Made by a program: the position numbers and the translations under genes
Source: Dehalococcoidia bacterium
Lineage (GTDB): Bacteria > Chloroflexota > Dehalococcoidia > Bin125
NCBI GenBank assembly: GCA_965261225.1
Contig: OZ253456.1
Location: forward strand, 264,431-328,430
DNA length: 64,000 nt
Direction: 5' to 3'
Shown: positions 28,838-38,861 of the stretch, piece after piece
Numbering within the stretch: the stretch's first letter is position 1
Layout: each line of letters starts with the position of its first letter
Notes under the pieces: model-generated
Told to the model about the DNA's origin: nothing
The model's database searches: none
Seen by the model: only the letters and a program-made list of their open reading frames with translations

Positions 28838-29449
28838 TTATGCGAGCTGAGGTCGCTTGCGGTTCCGGTCGGCGCGAGTTGGTCGCATCGCCGCGGTGAC
28901 GGAGAGGTCGGCGATCTCGAGACCGAGCTGCTGAGCCGCAGTCTCGATCATGGTATTCCGTGCGGTTTGGGACGTTGAGGGCACGACCATGTCCCGGTTG
29001 GGACTGAGGCTGAGCTGTGCTCGTACTCGTAGCGTGCCATCGCGGTGGGGCCGCACGCGAACGGTGGCGGCTTCAACACCGTCGATGGCCAGGACGCCGA
29101 GCGCCAGGTACGACTCGACCGAGCTTCGCTCGATCGTGGTGATGCCCAATTCGTCATCGCTGATCAACAGCGCCGTCGCGTTGCCGGGGAGCAACAATCG
29201 CAACTCGATCAACGCGGTGAGCACTCCGGCAAGCGCGGCAATGATGCAGAGCGCGAACGCGAGCACCTCGTCGCCGCCGCCCAGCGCCCGCGCTTGGGAC
29301 AATGCGTCGGTGAACCAACTGAATGGCGCGGCGCGCTCGGGATCGAGCGCGCCGCTCATGACTAGCAGCACTCCAACCGCGGCGAACGCCAGCCCGGCGG
29401 CCGCCAGCGCCGCGGCCAAGGTATTGAACCAGAGTGCATAGCTGCGCAT
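28838..29449 (-). CDS. amaP: Alkaline-shock-response membrane anchor protein AmaP-like.
   Basis: N-terminal TM helices then a soluble domain; located next to an Asp23-family gene as in asp23 loci; 203 aa. Confidence 0.5.
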   Translation of the reverse strand: MRSYALWFNTLAAALAAAGLAFAAVGVLLVMSGALDPERAAPFSWFTDALSQARALGGGDEVLAFALCIIAALAGVLTALIELRLLLPGNATALLISDDELGITTIERSSVESYLALGVLAIDGVEAATVRVRPHRDGTLRVRAQLSLSPNRDMVVPSTSQTARNTMIETAAQQLGLEIADLSVTAAMRPTRADRNRKRPQLA

Positions 29450-29462
29450 GAATTGGCCCTGC

Positions 29463-29528
29463 CTTCCAGCCGAACGTGTTTTCCAGCCGAACGTGTCTTC
29501 CAGCCAACGTGTCTTCCAGCCGAGCGCG
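29463..29528. repeat. Four tandem 16-17-bp direct repeats TTCCAGCCGAACGTGT(T/C) between the asp23 and amaP genes.
   Basis: ttccagccgaacgtgtt ttccagccgaacgtgtc ttccagccaacgtgtc ttccagccgagcgcga, read directly. Confidence 0.8.
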
Positions 29529-29594
29529 AACTGGCGCGCTCGGCCCGACGTGGTTGGTTTGCCTTACGCCAGTTGTCGTGCCTTATGTCGTGCC

Positions 29595-29966
29595 TTACGC
29601 CAGTTTTCGTCCCTCTTCAACTTCCTCACGGGCGATGTCGCGAACGTGGATGTTGACTTCGACCGTTTCCAGGTTCGTCATCTGCTCAATCGCCGCCGCC
29701 ACGTTCGAGCGCACGGCATTGACGACATCGGGGATGTTGTGTCCCCAGACCACGACCAGGTCAAAGTTGAACGCAGCTTCGCGCTGCCCGTGTTCAGAAG
29801 ACACGCCGCCACCGCGCACCGAGTCGATCGCGCCGGCGATGCCGCTTCGCCCGAGCGAGTGCACGCCCTTGACGTCCGCCGCAGCCATGGCCGCGATCGT
29901 GTCCAGCACGCTGTCCTCGATCAGGAGTTCCCCGGTTACCGAGCTGTCGTTCTCATTCGTTGTCAC
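29595..29966 (-). CDS. Asp23/Gls24-family envelope stress response protein.
   Basis: ..IEDSVLDTIAAMAAADVKGV.. and the conserved C-terminal ..VEVNIHVRDI..; 123 aa. Confidence 0.8.
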   Translation of the reverse strand: MTTNENDSSVTGELLIEDSVLDTIAAMAAADVKGVHSLGRSGIAGAIDSVRGGGVSSEHGQREAAFNFDLVVVWGHNIPDVVNAVRSNVAAAIEQMTNLETVEVNIHVRDIAREEVEEGRKLA

Positions 29967-30030
29967 TACAGGTTCCTTTCTTGTACCCGCGGCATGTTCC
30001 CGCGGTTAGTACCGATTTCTGTGGGCGGGC

Positions 30031-30828
30031 CTATATCGACTCCCGCATGAACATTGCGTTGGGCAAGGTGTGGTCTGCGCCGTCGATCGTCCGGAGCACC
30101 GTGGCGAGCAGCCCGATCGAGCGGATCTGCGCTCGATCGGAGCGGAAGCTGACCATCTGTCCCTCAATGTAGTGCTCTTCGACATACCGAGCGGCAAGCA
30201 GGTTTTCGAGCAACCCGCGTGCGCCGAGCAACAGCGCCGTGACGACGAGCACCAGCGCCCCGGCCAGACAGAGCGCCAGGACGATCACGGGTAGGTCGGC
30301 TCTCACGCCGGAGGCTTCGAGCGCGAGTGCCAGGGCGCCCGCCAGGACCGCGGTCCGGACCAATCCCGCCGCCATGGCCGGTGGTACGGCGCCGCTGCGC
30401 TCGGCAGCCGAGCGGGCGGCTCGAGCCAATCGTTCGCTGAGTGTCGCGCCAACGAACAACACCACCAGCACGATCACGAAGATCGGCGCAATCCCCACCA
30501 GGCGGTCGATGAGGCCGGCGACTGCGTCCAGGTCCAGGAAGTGCGCTGCCTGGGCAATCGCGACGACGATCACCGTCCAGCGGATGAGCCACCTGAGTGC
30601 GTGACTCGGGGTCGTCTTGATCCCAAACAACGGAAAGAGTTGCGTGAGTTGTTGGCCGGCACTGGAGTCATCGACGGCGAAGCGTCGACATCCCTCCTGA
30701 ACGGCTCGATCAAGCAGCCAGGCGAACATGCCGCCGACAATCAGGAACGCGGCCGCGCCAAACAGACGTGGCGCGAACAGCGCCACATCGGCCCCGAGTG
30801 TCTCAAACCGCTCGATCAGCTGCTCCAT
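30031..30828 (-). CDS. MscS-family mechanosensitive channel, apparently C-terminally truncated.
   Basis: TM helices plus the start of the beta domain (GQMVSFRSDRAQIRSIGLLATVLRTIDGADHTLPNAMFM). It ends directly after the PN motif, and the next gene follows within 65 bp. Confidence 0.55.
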   Translation of the reverse strand: MEQLIERFETLGADVALFAPRLFGAAAFLIVGGMFAWLLDRAVQEGCRRFAVDDSSAGQQLTQLFPLFGIKTTPSHALRWLIRWTVIVVAIAQAAHFLDLDAVAGLIDRLVGIAPIFVIVLVVLFVGATLSERLARAARSAAERSGAVPPAMAAGLVRTAVLAGALALALEASGVRADLPVIVLALCLAGALVLVVTALLLGARGLLENLLAARYVEEHYIEGQMVSFRSDRAQIRSIGLLATVLRTIDGADHTLPNAMFMRESI

Positions 30829-30829
30829 C

Positions 30830-31165
30830 TCAGCCCCGCCTTTTCAGTGACGATGAGGTCAGTGACGATGAGGTCAGTGGCGACGTCGTCAATATGGCTG
30901 TGATCTCGCCGATCGCCCGGCGCCGGTAGGACTGGCGGCGGATGGCTCGCACCGCCTCGACGGCGGGGGTCGCCATTGGCTGTTGCGTATCCCGAGTGAT
31001 CAGCCGGGCCAGGCTCAGATAGCGGCCGTGTGCGAAGACTCGCGCTTCGCAGTCCGGGCAATCCTCGATGGTCAGCGGCACGTCGAGTCCACTGATTGTG
31101 GCCCGCGCCAGTTCATCAATCTGTTCGTCGTCCAGATGCCGGTGTTGGAATTCGGATTCACTCAT
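30830..31165 (-). CDS. Putative zinc-finger (zf-HC2-like) anti-sigma factor; contains a duplicated 15-bp in-frame repeat.
   Basis: ..CPDCEARVFAHGRYLSL.. Cys/His motif; the stop/start overlaps the ECF sigma gene; cagtgacgatgaggt x2 encodes LTSSSLTSSS. Confidence 0.45.
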   Translation of the reverse strand: MSESEFQHRHLDDEQIDELARATISGLDVPLTIEDCPDCEARVFAHGRYLSLARLITRDTQQPMATPAVEAVRAIRRQSYRRRAIGEITAILTTSPLTSSSLTSSSLKRRG

Positions 31166-31780
31166 CGCTCTACTCCTCGCCGTGCTGTCCGATTGGGAAC
31201 AAGGACGGCACGCGCCCGACTCAGTCGCATCTTCACCGCCGCCTCGGATATGCCAAGCTGTTCGGCGGTCTCGCGGATCGAGAGCCCTTCCACATCACGC
31301 AGCACGACAGCTGCTCGCTGAGCGGCCGGCAATAGGTCCAGACGCGCACGGAACTGGTCCAAGGCGTCCTGGGTCTCCAGGGTGTCGGCGGGACCCGGGC
31401 TGGTATCGGGTTCGTCGTCCGAGAGTTCAACGAGCGTTCGCTTGCGCAGCTCATCGGTCGCCAGGCGGACGGCAATCTGTCGAACCCAGCCGCTGAAGGC
31501 AGCCGGTTTCCGCAAATCGGCAATTCGTTCGTGCGCCCGCAGGAAAGCGTCCTGGCTGATGTCCTCGCTCAGTGCGTGATTGCGCAACAGCCGGAAGGTC
31601 GTCGCGTACACCATGCCTTCATGTCGTTGAATCGCAATACTTGCCGCCGCAATATCGCCACGCTGCCAGCGCCGCACCAGGACTGCGTCGGACTCGTCGT
31701 CGAACACAAACAGCTCCGCCTCTCGCTGAGCGTCAAGATTGTTGGCGGCGCCTTGTCCTCGACTGATTCGGATCTCAGCC
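31162..31780 (-). CDS. ECF-type RNA polymerase sigma-70 factor.
   Basis: Region 2 (..DISQDAFLRAHERI..FSGWVRQIAVRLATDELRKR) and region 4 (..LSIRETAEQLGISEAAVKMRLSRAR); start codon uncertain. Confidence 0.8.
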
Positions 31781-32593
31781 ACGTCCAGTTCCCCTCTGTG
31801 TTGCAGCCCAGAGCGCGTAGCCGACTCCACAACCCATCGCCGTGGCAATGATCGTCAGCAACAGTTCATCCCCGGAAAGGAACACAATCAGAGGAATCAC
31901 CACGCCGAACAGGGCGCCGGCCAGCATCCAAGTGGATCGGAGGGACAAATCGAAATGCAATCGCAAGATTTTGTTTCCCTTCTACAGGTAAGACGGATCA
32001 GCGGATGGAAAGGTAACGCGCCGACCCCAAGGTTGGTCAGGATGCGTCGGCTGACTGTGGCTCAATGCGCACTGCAGCAGTGCAACCTCCGGTCAGCTCG
32101 ATGTGCCCCGAAGCGACGACCGCATCTGGATTGTCGCGCTACCGAGTGTTCCCGCAGCGCGGAGAGTCGATGTTGTGGCGGCGTCAGGGGTTTCGGCAAC
32201 GGAAGATGATCCTGCTGCCCAAGGGTACGCGTTGATTGGTCCGGTCGTGCAGTTCGGCTTGACCGACTCATCGTCTCAGGTACGCGGGCCAGTCGCAACA
32301 ACTGCTCTGCTTCTGGGGGCTGACTTCCGTCTCGCAATCGGGAGGGCTTCACCGATACGGAGTAGAATCAGGCCCTGGCGCCCCCAGAATCTCTGCGTTT
32401 GACTACGCGACAAACACGCTGGCGCGAAGTCGAGCGACGCGATGCACTACGTGCTCAACCGGCTCCTGACGCAGATGGCGCCGGTGTTGAGCCTGGCCTC
32501 GATCCTTGTGACGCTCACCGCCTACCTCGGAGGCTTCGACACTGCGCACATCCGCCGTTGACCAGACCTCTGGGGCCAGCCTCAAGTGCCGCC

Positions 32594-34306
32594 ATGCCCA
32601 CGCTCGAATTCAGAGGCAAACAGCACATCTACGCCCACCACCTCACCGTGCCTTACAGACCATTGGTCCTCGACCCCGCGAAGTCCCACGGCGACAATGC
32701 TGGCGAACCCGACGACAACCTGATCATCCACGGCGACAACCTCGAGGCGCTTAAGGCCCTGCTTCCTCGCTACGCCGGCAAAGTCAACTGCATCTATATC
32801 GACCCGCCTTACAACACCGGCAACGAGGGCTGGACCTACAACGACAACGTCAACAGCCCGCTGATGCGAGAATGGCTTGCAAAGAACAACCCGGTCGATG
32901 GCGAAGACCTCGAACGTCACGACAAGTGGCTCTGCATGATGTGGCCGCGCTTGCAGCTATTGCTGGAACTGTTGGCCGACGATGGCATCATCTTTGTGTC
33001 AATCGACGACAATGAGCAACATCATCTCCGAATGCTAATGGATGAAATCTTCGGCGAAACCAATTTTCTGAACTCGTTCACTTGGGTGAACAATCTCAAA
33101 GGCCGGCAGTTAACTGGCCAAGGTGCCGCACGCACCCACGAAACGATACTCGCCTACGGAAAAGACATACGAGAACTTAGCGCACCCTTCCAGATAGACA
33201 TTAGTCTTGCGAAGGCAATCATGCCTGATGCATATCGCATGGGAACATATGAAAAGTATCAGGACGAAATAGGTCCATATGTAATAAAGAACCAATTGCA
33301 CAACACAAACTCTAAGGTTAACGAGGAGACTCGACCAGCGTTAGTTTTCAATATTCACTATGCACCGGAATTAAATTCAGTTCGCTTCACGGACGTTGAC
33401 TCTGATTTGCATATCTCAGGTTTCACCCGAATCCCACCCAAAGCCTCCAACGACGGCGTTCACAAGTTTCACGCTTGGCGGTGGAGCAGGCAGAAGATCG
33501 ATGCTGAGTTGCACAATCTACATTTTGAACGGTATGGTGAAACATTCCGGATTCACACGAAAATTCGAGTATTCGACGAAACGAGTCTCAAGGACCTAAT
33601 TACGAATGTCAGCAACTCCAATTCGGAACTTAAGTCGTTGTCTCTTGAGTTTCCGTTTCCAAAGCCCGCAGACTTAGTTAAAGTCCTAATCCAATCCGTC
33701 AGGCACGCAACAGCGATCTTCTTAGATTCCTTCGCCGGAAGCGGAACCACCGCCCACGCCGCACTGGCACTCAATAAGCAAGACGGCGGCAGCCGCAGAT
33801 TCATCCTCGTCGAATGCGAAGACTATGCCGACACGATCACCGCCGAGCGCGTCCGCCGCGTGATCAACGGCGTGCCCGAAGCGAAAGGTGAGGATCTCCG
33901 CGAGGGGCTCGGCGGCTCCTTCACCTATTGCACCCTGGGTGAGCCGATCGAGGCCGAACGGATGCTGACCGGTGAGACACTCCCCAACTACCACGCTCTG
34001 GCCGCGCACCTGCTCTATACCGCCAAAGGAATCACCGCATCCAGGGCGCTTCAACAGCCCACCGACGGTGATCCGTTCTACAGCGATCCTGCCACGGACA
34101 CCGACTACTATCTGCTTTATCAGGCCGATCCCGATTGGCTGCGTGGGAACGACGCGATGCTGTCCGACCAACAGGCAAGCGACATCGCCCATCGCGGGCG
34201 GGCCGCCGTCGTATTCGCAGCCGGCAAGTACATGGGTCAGGGCGATCTCACTCGCCACAACATCACCTTCTGCCAGTTGCCCTACGATCTGCATCGCAGC
34301 GGCTGA
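32594..34306 (+). CDS. mod: Type III restriction-modification DNA methyltransferase (Mod, N6-adenine beta class); the central TRD has markedly low GC.
   Basis: DPPYN motif IV (IYIDPPYNTGNEGW) precedes motif I (IFLDSFAGSGTTAHAA); 570 aa; the segment ~33000-33700 is AT-rich compared with the flanks. Confidence 0.85.
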   Translation: MPTLEFRGKQHIYAHHLTVPYRPLVLDPAKSHGDNAGEPDDNLIIHGDNLEALKALLPRYAGKVNCIYIDPPYNTGNEGWTYNDNVNSPLMREWLAKNNPVDGEDLERHDKWLCMMWPRLQLLLELLADDGIIFVSIDDNEQHHLRMLMDEIFGETNFLNSFTWVNNLKGRQLTGQGAARTHETILAYGKDIRELSAPFQIDISLAKAIMPDAYRMGTYEKYQDEIGPYVIKNQLHNTNSKVNEETRPALVFNIHYAPELNSVRFTDVDSDLHISGFTRIPPKASNDGVHKFHAWRWSRQKIDAELHNLHFERYGETFRIHTKIRVFDETSLKDLITNVSNSNSELKSLSLEFPFPKPADLVKVLIQSVRHATAIFLDSFAGSGTTAHAALALNKQDGGSRRFILVECEDYADTITAERVRRVINGVPEAKGEDLREGLGGSFTYCTLGEPIEAERMLTGETLPNYHALAAHLLYTAKGITASRALQQPTDGDPFYSDPATDTDYYLLYQADPDWLRGNDAMLSDQQASDIAHRGRAAVVFAAGKYMGQGDLTRHNITFCQLPYDLHRSG

Positions 34307-34320
34307 GCGGAAGCGCGATC

Positions 34321-36882
34321 ATGGAGCTCAAGGAATACCAATCGCAAGCGCTTGATGCGTTCTCGCGCTGGTTGGACGAGCTGCGCCAGGCGCGAGCAGC
34401 CGCAGAAGCCTCCGAGCAAGTGCTTCAGGCGCTGCCGCCGGAAGCCGTCGCGGCGGCCCGAGACTACCCGCGCACGACCTGGAACAGGCTGCGCGGCGCC
34501 GGCCAGCTCCCGTCGTCGGCCGGCGAATATGTCCCCCGCACGGATGAAGCGGAACGCCCCATCCCGCACTTTTGCTTCAAGGTGCCGACCGGCGGCGGCA
34601 AAACGCTGCTGGGCGCGGCGGCCTTGGAGCGGCTCAGCCAGCCCACCGGTCTCGTCCTCTGGTTCGTGCCGACCAGGGCAATCTATGCGCAAACGAAGGC
34701 CGCCTTGTGGAACCGCGAGCATCCGTACCGCCAGATGCTGGAACGCGCTAGCGGCGGACGGGTCAAACTGCTCGAAAAGGACGACACGCTCACCCGCGAC
34801 GACATCGCCCACTATCTCTGCGTGATGCTGATCTCGTTGCAAGGCGCCAATCGCAAGAACAACAAGGAATTTCTACGGATGTTCCGGAGTTCAGGCCGCT
34901 ATCCGTCCTTCTTCCCGCCCGACGACGATCTCTGGGCGCACACAAACCTGCTGACCAAGCATCCCGACTTGTATCAGATTGACGGCGGCGGCATGGCTGC
35001 CCAGAGTCTCGCCAACGTGTTCAAGCTCACGCGTCCGGCCGTGGTGCTTGACGAAGCGCACAAGGCGTACGGGACCGCAAAGGCTGCCGGCGACGAGTTT
35101 GTGCAATCGATCAACCGCTACAACCCGAGTCTGGTGATCGAATTGTCCGCGACGCCGAACCGCCGCGCCAGCAACGTCCTGGTCGATATCGACGGCCCGG
35201 CGCTCAAGCGCGAAGAGATGATCAAGCTGCCGATCCAGGTGCGAACCACCAAGGACACTGACTGGAAACATACGCTGGCGCTCGCCGCCGACGAACTCGC
35301 TCAACTGGAACACGCCGCCGATAACTTCGCTGAGAACAGCGGCCGATACATCAGACCCATCGCCGTTGTCCGGGTTGAACGCACAGGTAAAGATCAGCGG
35401 AATACCGACCACATCCACGCCGAAGATGCACGCGGCCATTTGCGGACGCTCGGCGTCCCCGCCGACCAGATCGCGGTCAAATCAGCCGAAGTGGATGAGA
35501 TCACCGGCGTCGACCTGATGTCGCCCTACTCGCCCATCCGCTGGATCATCACCAAGGCGGCGCTGATGGAGGGATGGGATTGTTCCTTTGCCTATGTGCT
35601 GGTCGTACTTGACAATACCCAGTCGAAGCGTGCGATCACCCAGCTCGTCGGACGCGTCATGCGCCAACCCGAGGCGCGGCGAACGGAAGTCGAGGCGCTT
35701 GATCAGTGCTACGTCTACTGCACCGAGACAACCGTTGGCGAAGCCATGTCCCACGTAAAGGACGGTCTGGAGCGCGAGGGTCTGGGCGACCTGCTTGACG
35801 ACGTACACGGCGAATCTACCCAACTGAGAATTCAAGAGTTTCAGCGGCGACCAGAGTTCGCCGGTGCGAAGATCTTCCTGCCTAAGGTATTGCACCGTGA
35901 CGCAGACGGTTGGAGCGATCTCGACTATCAGCGTCACATCTTGCCCCACATCGATTGGGACGACATTCGCATCGCCGACGTACAAAGCTCGCTTCCTCGC
36001 CGGCCATCGATCGAGTTCGGCACAATCGATCTGGACGAGCGCGGCGTCTTCGCTTCTGGATGGGGCGAAGCGGAACTGCCGGATGCCGAGCCGCTGCGGG
36101 TGTCTTGGTACGCCCGGCGTCTCGCCGACTTGGTTCCCAACCCTTGGCAGGCCGCCCGCATCGCCTCGGACATGATCGACGACCTGCGAGCAGCTGATCA
36201 GACTGACAAACAGATATACCGCCAACGTGCAACGCTGGTCGAATGGCTTCGAGCACAGGTGCGCCGCCAGATCGAGACGCAATCGGAGCGTGTGTTCCGG
36301 GGAAAACTAGGCGCTGGCGACATCCGCTTCTCGCTGGATGCTAAGTTGCCCAATCACCGGATAACGGCCGAACCGTTCAAGCGGCTGTTGCCCGCCAACT
36401 TCCACGAGTTTCAGCCGAGCCTGGGCAGGCAACTCCGGCTGTCCTTGTTCACACCGGTTATCGAAGAAGAGCTCGATTCCGAACTCGAAAAGCGGTTCGC
36501 CAAATACCTTGACGAGCGGAAGGCGCTGACCTGGTGGCACCGTGTTGGCGTGCGCCAAAGCCGCGAATACTATCTGCGCGGCTGGAAACCCGAACGGATT
36601 TGGCCCGACTTCATCGCCATGGCGGGGGAAACGGCCGGACGGCCGCATCTGCTCGTATTCGAGACCAAAGGCGACCATCTGGCGCAGACGGAAGATACGC
36701 AGTACAAGGAACATGTGCTGCGAACTCTCGAGGCGGCATTCAATCCGGGTAACGCGGTCAACGAGGATGGCGGACCGTACGGCGCGGTCAAGGTTCGCAA
36801 TGGTCCGATGCGCGGCACGTTCCAGTTGGTCTTCGAGCGAGAGTCGTTCGATGCGGTTGAGCGCGCCCTGGGACTCATCTGA
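34321..36882 (+). CDS. res: Type III restriction endonuclease Res subunit (SF2 helicase plus C-terminal nuclease).
   Basis: Walker A ..KVPTGGGKTLLGAAA.., DEAH box ..VVLDEAHKAYG.., motif VI region ..LVGRVMRQ..; 853 aa; follows mod by 14 bp. Confidence 0.85.
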   Translation: MELKEYQSQALDAFSRWLDELRQARAAAEASEQVLQALPPEAVAAARDYPRTTWNRLRGAGQLPSSAGEYVPRTDEAERPIPHFCFKVPTGGGKTLLGAAALERLSQPTGLVLWFVPTRAIYAQTKAALWNREHPYRQMLERASGGRVKLLEKDDTLTRDDIAHYLCVMLISLQGANRKNNKEFLRMFRSSGRYPSFFPPDDDLWAHTNLLTKHPDLYQIDGGGMAAQSLANVFKLTRPAVVLDEAHKAYGTAKAAGDEFVQSINRYNPSLVIELSATPNRRASNVLVDIDGPALKREEMIKLPIQVRTTKDTDWKHTLALAADELAQLEHAADNFAENSGRYIRPIAVVRVERTGKDQRNTDHIHAEDARGHLRTLGVPADQIAVKSAEVDEITGVDLMSPYSPIRWIITKAALMEGWDCSFAYVLVVLDNTQSKRAITQLVGRVMRQPEARRTEVEALDQCYVYCTETTVGEAMSHVKDGLEREGLGDLLDDVHGESTQLRIQEFQRRPEFAGAKIFLPKVLHRDADGWSDLDYQRHILPHIDWDDIRIADVQSSLPRRPSIEFGTIDLDERGVFASGWGEAELPDAEPLRVSWYARRLADLVPNPWQAARIASDMIDDLRAADQTDKQIYRQRATLVEWLRAQVRRQIETQSERVFRGKLGAGDIRFSLDAKLPNHRITAEPFKRLLPANFHEFQPSLGRQLRLSLFTPVIEEELDSELEKRFAKYLDERKALTWWHRVGVRQSREYYLRGWKPERIWPDFIAMAGETAGRPHLLVFETKGDHLAQTEDTQYKEHVLRTLEAAFNPGNAVNEDGGPYGAVKVRNGPMRGTFQLVFERESFDAVERALGLI

Positions 36883-37221
36883 GCAACCGCCTGCCTTCCA
36901 ACACCGACTAAACTAGAAACATCCGTACCATCCAACCGAACGACATCGGCCCATGATTGCCCCCACCGACACTCACCACTGCTATCCGAATACCGCCGAA
37001 TATTCCCGAACAGAACCGAACAGAACCGAACAAACCTGAACGCCCCGAACACACAAAACCCAGTAACACACAGGAGATCGTCCACTTCTCATCCCAAGAA
37101 AAACATTCTGACCTGAACACTGAACATCGCCCCTTCTTCAAACTGGCAACAGCGACCCGTTGCCCGCGCGGCACTGGCCGTTGGTACCGTGTCTCTGCTG
37201 TATCGATGCGGAGCAGCGTTC

Positions 37222-37590
37222 ATGGTCCGCCTCTCAGACCTCCATCCCCAGGAAGCCAAGAACCTGATGAGCTGGCCACGTGTCCATATCGAGCCGGGCG
37301 ACTGGATCACGCCCAAGCCGCTGGCGGAATCGACGATCGCCCTGATCAAGACGGCCGGCCTGCACCGCCGCCACGATCCGCCACTCGTCGCGGGCGGCGT
37401 CGACTACCGGATCATCCCCGGCGACATCGACTTCGCGGACATCGTCTCTTCCCACGTCAGCGCCAATTGGGACCGCTCGGCGCTGGCGCAGGACCTCAAC
37501 GTGGTACTGCCGATTGAACGGCTGCGCGAACTGCCAGATCGGCTGGCCCTCGCCGACGAGGCCGACAAGCTGCTATCCGGCCTCCAGTAG
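37222..37590 (+). CDS. Hypothetical protein downstream of the R-M locus.
   Basis: ORF with plausible codon usage (MVRLSDLHPQEAKNLMSWPRVHIEPGDW..); no recognisable domain. Confidence 0.35.
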   Translation: MVRLSDLHPQEAKNLMSWPRVHIEPGDWITPKPLAESTIALIKTAGLHRRHDPPLVAGGVDYRIIPGDIDFADIVSSHVSANWDRSALAQDLNVVLPIERLRELPDRLALADEADKLLSGLQ

Positions 37591-37625
37591 CCGACAGGCT
37601 GCCCGCGCTGCCCACCGAGATCTCG

Positions 37626-38711
37626 CTACAGCGCCTCGGCGATCGCAGCTCCCAGGTCGGCCGTGGAGGCGGAGCCACCAATGTCAGGCGTGCGCGGCGC
37701 ACCACTTGTGGGGTCGAGCACCGTCTCGATCGCCGCGAGGATCGCGTCGTGCGCGCGTCGGTGACCGAGGAAGTCCAACATCATCGCTCCGCACCATATT
37801 TGTCCGATCGGGTTGGCGATTCCTTGTCCGGCGATGTCAGGCGCGGACCCATGCACGGGCTCGAAGAGTGACGGGAACGCCTCCGGCGGGTTGAGGTTGG
37901 CGCTCGGCGCGATCCCGATCGTTCCGGTGCACGCCGGCCCCAGGTCGCTGAGAATGTCGCCGAACAGGTTGCTGGCGACCACCACGTCGAAGAAGTCGGG
38001 CCGCTGCACGAAGTGCGCCGTCAGAATGTCGATGTGGAACTTGTCGACCTCGACGTCGGGGTAGCTCGCCGCCATTTCCTCTACGCGCTCGTCCCAGAAC
38101 GGCATCGTGATCGCGATGCCGTTCGACTTCGTCGCGCTCGTCAGGTGCTGTTTGGGGCGCGACAACGCGAGGTCGAACGCGTACTTCAGCACGCGGTCGA
38201 CGCCGATGCGCGTCATCACCGTTTCCTGCATCACCATCTCGCGCTCGGTGCCCGAGAAGATTCGTCCGCCGATGCTGGAGTATTCGCCCTCGGTGTTCTC
38301 GCGCACGATGTACATGTCAATCTCGCCGGGCTCGCGCGGGCTGCCGTCGCGCCGCACGACCGGCGCGATGATGCCCGGCATGAGGCGGGCCGGTCGCAGG
38401 TTGATGTACTGATCGAACTCGCGCCTGAACTGCAGCAATGAGCCCCAGAGCGAGACGTGGTCGGGAATCTTCTCGGGCCAGCCGACCGCGCCGAAGAATA
38501 ACGAGTCGTGTCCGCCAATCTGGTCCTTCCAGTCGTCGGGCAGCATCTGCCCGTGCTGCTCGAAGTAGTCCCAGGAGGCGAAATCGAAATAGTCAAACTC
38601 CAGATCGATCTCGAACTTGGTCGCCGCTGCTTCGAGCACGCGAATGCCCTCGGGGACGACTTCCTTGCCGATGCCATCCCCTGGAATGACGGCGATTCGC
38701 TTTGAACTCAT
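37626..38711 (-). CDS. 3-isopropylmalate / tartrate dehydrogenase family (beta-decarboxylating dehydrogenase).
   Basis: KRIAVIPGDGIGKEV N-terminus, NLFGDILSDL motif; 361 aa. Confidence 0.85.
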   Translation of the reverse strand: MSSKRIAVIPGDGIGKEVVPEGIRVLEAAATKFEIDLEFDYFDFASWDYFEQHGQMLPDDWKDQIGGHDSLFFGAVGWPEKIPDHVSLWGSLLQFRREFDQYINLRPARLMPGIIAPVVRRDGSPREPGEIDMYIVRENTEGEYSSIGGRIFSGTEREMVMQETVMTRIGVDRVLKYAFDLALSRPKQHLTSATKSNGIAITMPFWDERVEEMAASYPDVEVDKFHIDILTAHFVQRPDFFDVVVASNLFGDILSDLGPACTGTIGIAPSANLNPPEAFPSLFEPVHGSAPDIAGQGIANPIGQIWCGAMMLDFLGHRRAHDAILAAIETVLDPTSGAPRTPDIGGSASTADLGAAIAEAL

Positions 38712-38861
38712 CGTGACCGGTCCTTTACTCGCGCTGGCTGCATCCTGATCAAGCTACCGCGAACCATGTCAGCAGAATCTATGCCAGCGCCAAGAAGCGT
38801 GCGTTAGCCTCGGCACGACAGTTCAGCCGGACAGTTCGGCAGGACAGTGAGGAGCGATGAC

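Noticed and set aside
31775-31966. 63-aa two-TM ORF upstream of the ECF sigma gene
   Set aside because: It is possibly real but overlaps the uncertain 5' end of the sigma gene and has no further support.
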